Assembly (NCBI GenBank): GCA_012026655.1
Contig: JAAILG010000791.1
Coordinates: 1 to 64,000, forward strand
Direction: 5' to 3'
DNA from: Hydrolagus affinis
Lineage: Eukaryota
Length of the DNA stretch: 64,000 nucleotides
Shown here piece after piece: positions 49,670-59,560 of the stretch. Each line of letters starts with the position of its first letter. Positions within the stretch are counted from its first letter, which is position 1. A program made the position numbers and the translations under genes. Under the pieces are notes generated by a model. It was given only the letters and a program-made list of their open reading frames with translations. It was not told the DNA's origin and searched no databases.

Positions 49670-50110
49670 GTTTCGCTTGGTCAATGCTGGCACTCTCGAG
49701 TTTAAGTCTGCAAATTGTGAGTTTCAGCCCAGCATTAGGACATGCACACATAGGCTGATAGTCTAGTACAGTTCTGGGGGAGCACTGCATCACCTGACGT
49801 GCCATCCCTCAGACAAACCACTAAACCAAGGTCCATCTACCTCTTCAAATGGCTGGAGAGGATGCCTGAACACAATCCAAAAAAGAGGGAGTTTCTTCTA
49901 GTGTATTGGCCAACAATTACCCTACCACCAAATTAGATTGATCATTCACTTCATGGTTATGCGTGAGGCCATGCTGGTAACATAGTGATTGGTTGCTGCA
50001 ATTACCTTCAGATACCAAACAGCTTGCTATACTTTAACTGCAATTACCTGTGAAGCATTTGGAAATGTTTCAATGTGATAGACACTACATCAAATGCAAG
50101 GATTACTATC
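49670..50110 (+). mobile_element. Old DeuSINE
   Basis: Colinear with the 42497 copy (gggagcactgcat, gagggagtttcttctagtgtattggccaac, atcaaatgcaaggatta). Confidence 0.72.
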
Positions 50111-50373
50111 AACAACAACAACTACTTGCACTTACATAGCACCCTCCACACAGGGTAGTGTCTCAGAGCACTGAACAGTGGCAGAGCCTGATTCCGGGCT
50201 GTGGGGAGGGCAGAATACAGTCGAAAAGGAAGGTTTTCAAGAGGGACTTGAAAGTGGAGGAGGCAAAGTAGATTTGTCTGTCATCTGCAGACATGTAGAA
50301 GATTAACCCGTGTCTATGGATGACATCGCCAAGACGCAGCATATATATGAGGAAAAGAAGAGGGCCAAGGATG
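50111..50373 (-). mobile_element. L2 fragment: RT core fused directly to the 3' end
   Basis: ILGPLLFLIYMLRLGDVIHRHGLIFYMSADDRQIYFASSTFKSLLKTFLFDC, followed by 3' UTR and (gtt)n tail. Confidence 0.8.
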
Positions 50374-51019
50374 AGGTACCCTGTTTGTCATTTTGTTTGT
50401 GGGCAGAGTAAAGCGTCCTCACTGTCTATTTCACCAGTCCAGAGTGAAATGTGTACGTGGCCAGGGAATGTAGCAACCAAACTATCTAGCAATGCCATGC
50501 CACAGCAGAAAAGTTCTCAACCTGGGAACAATAACCAACAACAACATAATTAATTAAAACTACAAGAAGTACACATTTCAGAGCTTTCTATCTACAATAG
50601 CAGTTTTATCATTATCTCACTGGTGAAATAATTAAGTGGATTCAGAACGGGGCATTTATTTAAATTCTTAACATGAACTAGTAGCGAAAGTTGGATTATC
50701 AAAAATGGGCAGCTTTGAAGCCCCAAATTCAAAACATATGGAAAGCTTGACCTTAACATCTGATTATGATCCTCCCAGTCAGAATACGACCATTCTAAGG
50801 TATAAGGAAACACAGTACCATTCCTTCACTGCATCACTGGAGCAGCAGATACGAGATGGCATCCAGACCTACGAAAGTCTGATACATCCAATCGACATTC
50901 GCCTGGGAGAAGAGTCATGTTCTGTGCCACTTGATTGCCAGGGTGAAGCTGATGACTCTCAACTCAAATCATGATCTTTTTCTGTACTGTTTTATACAGT
51001 AATGAGCCACTTATCCACA

Positions 51020-51532
51020 TTAATTGGCACTCTCGCCTCTGAGTCAGAAGACTCTGTTTTCAAACTTTACTTTGAGCTCATTGTCTCAGCTGACACTTGA
51101 GTGCAGTGCTGGGGGAGCAACAACACCAATAACTTGGATTTATACAGCACTCTGCACGCTGGACGGCAGTGCATTGTAAAAGGAACTGTCATTCAGATAA
51201 ACCGAGGTCTGGTTTGCCTCTTCATGTGGATTTTAAGGATCCCTTGGCAATAATCAACGAGGTGGTCAAAAGTGGGGGGTGCGCCTTATACGCGAGTGCG
51301 CCTTATACGCGGAGATTTACGGTAATCAAATTTCTCCTTGTGTCCTCTTCAACAATTCTCCAGAGATAATTTGCCATTCATTTCATGGTTGTTTGTGAAA
51401 CATTGTGGTGTGCAAGTTGGCTGCGGCATTCACCCACGATACCAGTCACTACACTTTACAGAAATTCTTTGAGACATTTTTACAACACGATATAGCACGA
51501 AGTCAAAAGGACAACTATATAATATTATTATT
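51020..51532 (+). mobile_element. Old DeuSINE carrying two small nested fragments
   Basis: gcactctcgcctctgagtcagaag head and gctgacacttgagtgcagtgctgggggag; an L2 tail (minus strand) at about 51118-51165 and a DNA-transposon end at 51262-51322. Confidence 0.75.
51262..51322. mobile_element. Orphan Tc1/mariner-pogo-type terminal fragment
   Basis: gtgcgccttatacgcg twice, then gagatttacgg|TA. The reverse complement TA|CCGTAAATCTCCGCGTATAAGGCGCAC is a CCGTA-type TIR. Confidence 0.7.
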
Positions 51533-51559
51533 GTATTGCATTTCACTGAGACACCAGCT

Positions 51560-51851
51560 ATAATAATAATCATAGTCCTTGCATTTGATATAGTGCACTC
51601 TCACAGAGCTTCACACAATTTTCTGTAAAATGAATTGACTGTATGTTTGTGGGTGAAACGCAGCAGCAAACTGCGCACAACAGTGTCCCACAAACAGTCG
51701 TGGATTGAATAATCAATTTATTTTATTTTTTTGAGGGATTATTATTACGTATGTGGAGTATGGAAACTTGCACAAGGTTTTACCCTGCTTGGAATTGAAC
51801 CCAATGCTCTCGCTTGTAAAGCAAGTGCTCTAACCACTCAGCTACAGGACT
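51560..51851 (-). mobile_element. Young SINE, near full length
   Basis: Reverse complement of the reference copy, ending ctctaaccactcagctacaggact. Confidence 0.92.
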
Positions 51852-52128
51852 ATCAGTATCTGCCTTGGAAACTGAGAATTGGAAGTAGCACACTCATATG
51901 AAAAGTTACATTTTGCCCTGTTGGAGTAGATATCTGGAATAGACATTAATCAGAAATAGCTAACACTTTATTAATTGATTTGATTGAAGAGAGATGTACA
52001 AATGTTTGGTTATCAATGGGACTAGAATAGAAGCAACCATATAGACATTGATGAAGATAATCTGACAATCCTTTACAGAAAATAATGGTTCCATGACTGT
52101 TCAGATCATAATAAAGTTTATTATTATC

Positions 52129-52366
52129 AGGCAAGTTTCCTTACTCTACACGCCTAAAAATAATCTGTCCAAAAAAACACAATAATAAAAATTGGTCATT
52201 TTCAATCCATGACTGTTTGTGGGACACTGCTGTGTGCAATTGGCTGCTGCATTTCACCCATAAATATACAGTTAATTCATTTTACAGTATATTCTGTGAA
52301 GCACTTTGATATGTCGATAAGATGTGAAAAGCGCTATGTCAAATGCAAGGATTATTATTATTATTA
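52129..52366 (+). mobile_element. Young SINE, head truncated
   Basis: ggcaagtttccttactctacacgcc through to the (att)n tail. Confidence 0.92.
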
Positions 52367-54034
52367 CAGTATTAAAGTTATCTGAGGAATACAATTGATT
52401 ATGTTCAATGTAAAGAGAGAAAGAGTTTTTCTCTTGTGATACATTTTTTCCTCTTGATATTTTCCTTGCTCAGGAGGTTAAATAAACTGAGATATTCCAC
52501 GACAGCATGTTACATGTGGCCTATCGGCTGAGTGAACAAAATATCCTTGCCATACTTTCTTGAAAAGCCTATTACTGAGTGACAAAAAAACTCTAGATCC
52601 TGCTCCTTTGACAAACAAAATCTGCAAATGGTCCTGTTGTGATGCAAAGGCTTCAGACTCTCTATTTTAAACAAAAATAGGTTTCACCCATAGAGCTACA
52701 CCTGTAACTCTCTGTCTATAGTCCTCTGAAACCATTTGCAGACTTTCCTTTTATCCTTCCAAACTTCTGAAATTTAGGAGCAGTAACATGAAACAGAAAG
52801 CAGCCTTTTTTTTGCAAAAATGTCAAGCTGGGTGGCTGATTAAAAAATGTTTATTGGCAGAATTATGACAGAGCAGTGGATGGTGGAAGGGCACAGGTTA
52901 TATAATACAAGTCAGAAATACTGGAAAAATATTCAGAAGGCCTCGGGCCCCAGGAATGTTGCAGTATAATCTAAATGCCCATGAAATCCATTTATCACTT
53001 TCTCAGCAATGCCAGAAGCTTTAAAAGCTTTGAATTATAGATTTTTGGTTCAGAAACCAATTACTAATGGTAAAATTGTACTAGTTTTATGCTTAAGATA
53101 TAGTCTGAATGCTTATTTATATTTCATGTATTCAAGAGGTAAGCAGCCAATTATGGCTTGACATTATTCAAAAATATATCCCAAGCCCAAGAGATAGAAG
53201 AAGCTACACACACACTATCTTCTAATGTGCCATTGTTTTTCCAAATAATGTTTTTTTAAAAAAGAGAACAGTGGTTATGATTAAAATGTTGAAGAAAATC
53301 ATGGCCCTAGAACCACCTGAAAAAATAATACAGTATATTGCTAATGAACAATTTTAACATCTATTCATAGATGAATTTTTCTGCCCTGTTGCAGGCACAC
53401 CAAGTATTTTTGTATTAAAGTTGCTGCTTTGTACAAATTCTATTGTCCACAGGTTACTGTGTATAAAATATACAAACAAAAAAATTAAACTGCAAACTGT
53501 AATGTAATTATTTTTATGGTGCCTTTGGGCCTCTGAATTCCTCAATCATTCCAATAGCCACTGCAATCCCACTGGAGAGGGTACGAAAGTGTGATTACGG
53601 AAACAGCTTTACGAAAGCCTGTGTTACTCCCAGTAGCACCATATCCACTTGATAGCATCCAAGCGATCTATTCAGGAGAACTTTAAATAGTGCTTCAGCC
53701 ACTCTGGGTCTGGTGACAGAGCACAATAATGACACAGAGTCATGATGGGCTACCACTATAGAAAGGTATTCATTTTAGCTACCACAGTGATGGGTGTGTG
53801 TGCAGGGAACAGGGAGGGGAGTAACATGGTTCATTCAATCAAAAAGAGAGGAAATCGGGGGGGGGTGGGGGCTATCTCCAAGCAGGACTCAGATTGGAGG
53901 ATGGCTGCTGTCTGTGTAATGAAAGTTGGACATGAGCTACCCTCTTCAGGAAAGAAGAGGTAAGTGGAGAAATCAGTGCAAAAAGGTACTGGAGGGGGGA
54001 AAAAAGCATTATTTGTGCATCCTAAATTTCTATT

Positions 54035-54225
54035 AAGAGATCATAATCAAAGGGAGTGTAACAAATGCCCATCTCTAATGTTGAGAAATCGTCAGATTAT
54101 GAATCACTGTGAAATCAATAAGATCATCAGCATCGCAATTAAATTATTATTTATATCTGCGACTTGTGAAACGAGGTGCCAGGTTTTAAATAACATTGAC
54201 ACATACGTGCGAAACTAAATATAAT
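54035..54225. promoter_or_regulatory. Candidate conserved non-coding element
   Basis: TE-free; ATCAAAG (TCF/LEF), ATCAAT (Onecut/Cux-type), AATTAA and retained CpGs. Conservation not tested. Confidence 0.25.
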
Positions 54226-55234
54226 TCCAATTTTTTCAATACTAGGAAACAGTTTTGAATAGTGTTGTTGAAAACATTAATTCGGCTAAATTATCACCAA
54301 GATTTTGGCCAAAGTCACTGTGAGCTCCTGGCTTCATGCGACTTGGAAAGAAGAGTGTTTGAACAAGAACCCATCCACAAGTGACAGAGGTCAGTTAGCA
54401 CAGACAGGAATATAGAGAGGAATTATCATTCTCCTTACCTCAAGCGACTAAAGACCATTGAGATACATCAAGGAGAGATATTAGGAACAATCAGACAAGC
54501 TGTAAAAGCTACTTGGGCACCACCCTTGACAGTAAGATTCAAAGTAAAGCTATTCTTGAAATCACCACAAAAGACGGCCAAGATAAATTGGGAATTTTCT
54601 GAATTCTGTTTGATGCTGTATGAATCTAAAACAGGGGCAATCCCTCAGGAGACAAGTTGTTATCTGGACATCCTACCACTTCCGTCACTCAATGATGATG
54701 TTACAGCCAAGGTCCCTTGTAGGCCCTCACTGGTGGAATTGTGGCTCATAGATGACAAGCATGAGATAAGTCAGATCTCGGCCATATACCTTTTGAGTGG
54801 TTTCATAGAATGATTTGGAAAGAGGACCTAGGCCAACCGTCATCATTTATGCATTGGGAGTAGATCTGAGACTAGACTGCACTATTCTACATCTCCCTGC
54901 AATTTTATGCATGTTCCAGCTGATGCAAAGAACATACTGTATCACCTGCAGGATGTAAAAACTGAATCCAAGTTTAATGACTGTTTAGTGCTGGTGGGGA
55001 TGCTAAAACAAGTGGCTCCACCAAATCCAATCAAGGGATGGCTTCCTTCCAAAACAATCCCCAGCAAGTGGGGCCCCCTCCAGGAAAGAGCAAGATATCT
55101 TCCTTCCCCTCCAAAGGGGCACATGCCATGCACCATACTGGAAATGTATAATTTATTGATATCCTCTCACTCCTTTCTGTATATTTGCATTTACCTTTTA
55201 TTCGATAGCGATAGAAACCTTTACATATACATAA

Positions 55235-55391
55235 AAATCCACGACTGTTTGTGGATCACTGCAATGCGAAATTGGCTGCAACATTTCACCAAACAAAATA
55301 TAAAATCAATTTAGTTTACAGTATATTCTGTGAAGCAGTTTGTGACGTCTCAAAGATGTGAAAAGGCGCTATATCAAATGCAAGGATTATT
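55235..55391 (+). mobile_element. Young SINE, 3' half, followed by (TA)n
   Basis: aatccacgactgtttgtgga...ggcgctatatcaaatgcaaggattatt. Confidence 0.88.
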
Positions 55392-57074
55392 CTATATATA
55401 TATATATAAAAAAGGAAGCTACCACAGTTAAGTTACCCCAGATTCTATAGTAACATGACATCTGGTTGGTTGTGTTTTGCTGGGATCTCAGGGTTCATTC
55501 ATTCTCTTAGATTAGGGACTATTTTTCATTTGTAAAATACTGCATAATCCGTATATTGTAAATTTTTTGGGGCGTGGTGCCAACTAGGATCAGATGGCAA
55601 ATTGTGCAAGACACTCCCATTAACCACTTAATTTTAAATTACAGATATTTTCCATCAGCTTATTAGGATGCATTTGCAACGAGTTACATTCAAACCTTTG
55701 TTAAAAAATCGTAATTTGTCAATTTTTAAAAAATAAAAACCAATGCAAAGATATTTTTGAAATGTACGTATAAAATATAAACAAACATTATTCATTGTAG
55801 AGAAAATGTCCTTGCATTATTCATTAAACAGGGATCAATTTTTACTTACATGTCAACGTCTGCAAACGCAGCATATGGTGTGTTTTACTTAACATAAATT
55901 GAATTCAGTTGTTGCCATTTGCTTTCATGGAAATCACTTACATTTATACGAAGAAGCTTTTATTCTGGGAAGCGCATTTCAAGTTACTGTTCAGCAAGAC
56001 TTAAAAACACGATTGTACTTTATTCTTTGACAGTATATCATCCTTCAATTAGGAAACTCAGCATATGCTCGGAATCACAAACAAGATTTTTTTCTTTCTG
56101 GGCTGATTGAACAACAGTGGAGTCCTACAGTCCCCTGGTGGTGAATCTGGCCTATTACTAATGTTTCTGGCAACAAAACATTTCTACACAACCAACAAGC
56201 ACAAATAATTCAAAATTTATTTGCACTGTTTTATTGAAAGCCAAGAAATCTTCACAAGTGATCCCACAACCTGTTCAAGAACATTTAATTTCTTTAAAAT
56301 GTGTGGATTTTTGGATACATTTTATTATTGATGTCACCAAGCAGGTTACGATATGGGTCATTGTTCAACCTCTCCCAACATAGTGCTTCCTATCATAGTT
56401 CCTCACCAGTGCCAAGGAGAAACTAAACAATTACCGAAACCACCGTGATAAAAATTGTACTTTAAAATCAGCAGCTCAATATTGATAATCATACTGAAAC
56501 TGCCATTGTGGAACATGGGGTTACTTTTGACTTCCTTTAGAAAAAAAATCTTATTCCTTACTGGGATTTACTGAATGAACTATTTTACATTGAATTCAGT
56601 ATTTTTAAAAAACAAATTTACATTCACAAAAGTTATTTGGTTTAAGCAAACAAACTTAAATAAATTAATTGCACATATTTTATCAATCTTTTCCAATATC
56701 TTTCATACAGCGCTATCTACATTACTAAACATCAGCTGCAACCTCAACATGGCTATTGGGGAGTCCAGATATATGCCCTATAACCTCTGTTGAGAAGTAT
56801 ACTGCGAATGCTCCACGGGGATTGAGGGTGAGTGACACGTTTGGTGGAGAGCGAGCAGAATTTTGTAGACTCAGCTACCTTTGTATGATGCCAGAGCCGG
56901 AGATCAACTAAGCAGCTGACACCTTTTGTTTATTAGTGTGGAGAATAAGAATTAAACAAGTGAGGGTGAGAGGCAGGTTGTGACTCACTGGAACAGTTCT
57001 AATATCGCCTGGAAGTAATAATTTCAAACTTGACATTTGATATCTCAATTCTTAATAATGCTGTCTGCAAATGG

Positions 57075-57350
57075 ATGTGTACAACAGCAGATATACTTTA
57101 TGTGGTTAAGTCTTTCCCTTATTCTGTAATGGGAGTGGGGGGGGAACCATTTTGGCCTGACCCCGAGCCATGGGGAGAGGTGACCATCAGTATGGTCGAA
57201 AAGGAAGGCTTTCAGGCAGTATTTGAAAAAGGAGAAGAAAGGGGGCAAGGTGGAGGGATTGAGGAAGAGTGTTCCAGAGCTTTGGGGTGTAGTGACTGAA
57301 AGTGCAACCTCCAATGATGAGGGTGCGAGGGACAAGCAGGAGGCCAGTGC
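57075..57350 (-). mobile_element. L2 ORF2 C-terminus plus 3' UTR
   Basis: TGLLLVPRTLIIGGCTFSHYTPKLWNTLPQSLHLAP / FKYCLKAFLFDHTDGH matches L2 GGRAFS..AP.LWN.LP...FK..LKT.LF. Confidence 0.82.
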
Positions 57351-57469
57351 AAGTCAAGCAGAAGTGGTGGATTGTGGAGTTCGGAGAGATAGGTAGGTGC
57401 CAGAGAGGGGAAGCTTCAATGGGTGGGGCAGGGTCAACAGGGGACAGGCAGTTTTTTACTAGCACAAGA

Positions 57470-57530
57470 ACAACAATAACAAAATTACATGAGCGCCTTT
57501 CATGTTGGGAGGACGTCCCAAGGTGCCAAG
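57470..57530 (-). mobile_element. L2 3' tail fragment
   Basis: acaacaataacaaaattacatgagcgcctttcatgttgggaggacgtcccaaggtgc. Confidence 0.7.
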
Positions 57531-58269
57531 AATATCAATGTGCTCATCTAGGATGAGTTCATGGATTGTAAGGGCTTTATTGGAGTGAAGCGGACATTTT
57601 GGAGGGAAATGCAGATAGGTTTGTTGGGGGTAGGGGGGTCAGCAATCAGCAGGGCAGCATCAGGCAGCAGAAGACAATGGTGGTGGGGGGCGGGGTAGTT
57701 AGAGAGAAGGGATGGGGATCATGGTTTAGGTACCAGATGGAGGGAGGGATGGGGATGCAGGGATCAAGGTGCCACATTACCAAACACTTATAATAATTGT
57801 TCTTCACTTTTCCTATAATGCTTAAAATTTACTGATTTTCTGACAATTCATCTCATCACAAAAATCCACTGAAGCTTTTTTTAAACTCCTACACTCATTT
57901 GTATCACATTTGTATAAGGCTATTATACATTCAATATGCAATATTCCCTCCTACAGGACTTAAAACCTATATTTCTATGGTTCACTCACAGACTTGCAAT
58001 CTAGAGGGTGTCCACAATGTGTCATGTCAACACAAAGCATTGAAGCAACTAACATTGTGAAAGTCTGTTGGAATGTCCCAGCAGCTTTCGCCACCATGTT
58101 TCACAACCATAAATATGTACAACACAGTCGAAAGCTTTTTTGTCTTTTTTTTAATGTTGGTGGGGCCGAGAGGAACATCCATCCTAATCCCAGTTCCCTG
58201 CTGTTTGCTCGTCCCTTCTAATGTCATTCCATTGCATGTGCTTGTTCTTTTTTTCTTCAAAAATGAACT

Positions 58270-58410
58270 GCTCTGATAAGCTTTTCCTCATAGCTACAGT
58301 ATAATGCTTTCATCTCCGGTATCATCCTTGTGAATCTAAGCTTCACTCTTTCCATAACTCTCAGATCTTTTCTATAATGAGTCATCCAAAATTACATAGA
58401 ATATTCCTGC
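58270..58410 (-). mobile_element. CR1 ORF2 fragment, old
   Basis: The reverse complement gaatattctatgtaattttggatgactcattatagaaaagat...agattcacaaggatgataccgga...agctatgaggaaaagctt reads like EY..QFW.PHYRKD...RFTRMIPG...SYEE.L. Confidence 0.65.
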
Positions 58411-58424
58411 TACGAACAACTATA

Positions 58425-58671
58425 ATAACAAAATTACATTTGTATTGCGCCTTTCACATTGCGAGGACGTCCCAAGGCGCTGGAACCAATGTCATCTAAA
58501 TGCATCATCGCTTTCTTGCTTACTGGTAGTTTTGCTATGTGCATATTGGCTGCTGCATTCACCCACAATATACTGTACATAGAAAATCCACTTTACAGTA
58601 TATAACGTGAAGAGACATTTTGATGACATGATAAAGCGCTGTATCAAATGCAAGGATTATTATATTATTAC
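58425..58671. mobile_element. L2 tail (minus, ~58425-58482) and SINE 3' portion (plus, ~58525-58671)
   Basis: Both match the tail motifs seen elsewhere in the window. Confidence 0.72.
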
Positions 58672-59252
58672 TCTTGTATTCACTAGATCCCAAAAGCAAA
58701 CACAACATGGATTTGTATCTAATGTTTTCTGAAGGCAAGTACCATAACCAAAAGTTATAACAGCTTGCTGATGTTATCAATTCTAGGTCTTAAAAGACAA
58801 TTTATTTGTATTGCTTCGAGAACAGAAAACACAGTGTTAAAATTTACCATTTAAATTAACATTTCCAAGCTGTCATCACTTATCTCTGCTTCCCAACTAA
58901 GTACGAAAACACTTTCATTAACCTAAATTATCTAATATGGTAACTAAGTAATGTAGTTTTTAGTATGCATATTCAGAACATACACGGCAGTGTATATTTT
59001 TCATTATATCTGTATCTACTCTAAGAAAATTGTAAACACAAGTTTCTGTGAAGGCAAAAAAGTCACCCAGATTTTTATGAGCTAATCTGACTAATGAAAA
59101 TGAAGCATTCTAATATAGGACAAGTATTACTACTCCTGTAACCAAGATAAATTAAATCCATATGATCAGACATAGAAAATTAGATGCATATCTCAAATCA
59201 AACAGAATTTCTCTGATAGATTGCGCTCATAAATTATTGGCTGTTGCTAATA

Positions 59253-59349
59253 CAATAATAATCCTTGCATTTAATATAATGCCTTATTATGTCTTCGAGA
59301 TATCTCAAAGTGCTTCACAGAATATGCTGTAAAGTGAATTGACTGCATA
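59253..59349 (-). mobile_element. SINE tail fragment
   Basis: aataataatccttgcatttaatat...ctgtaaagtgaattgactg. Confidence 0.85.
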
Positions 59350-59461
59350 TAACCAAAATGGTTAACGGTTATGAATTGGGTCCCAAACCCACAAAAGTGC
59401 AATGTGGCTGAATTGTTGAACCATGTATTGCACTTCTTCTGCCAGTTAATTATTCTTTTCT

Positions 59462-59560
59462 AAAAATAAAAACAGAAACAGGAAAAAATCTACAGCTTCA
59501 TCGGTACCTGCAACAGAATGACAGGTTGGTGTTTGGAATATGACCTTTCCTCAGAACTGA
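59462..59560 (-). mobile_element. Degraded Penelope 3'-end copy with a decayed hammerhead core
   Basis: Reverse complement is cagttCTGAGGAaaggtcatattcCAAAcaccaacctg...tttctgtttttatttt. Confidence 0.5.

Noticed and set aside
50705-50974. 89-aa protein-like ORF (similar cases at 22359, 27015 and 28735)
   Set aside because: No recognisable domain and no convincing flanking splice sites; the lengths are within chance expectation.
57742-57762. G-quadruplex motif (also 35652-35683)
   Set aside because: Common in G-rich low-complexity tracts, with no supporting context.
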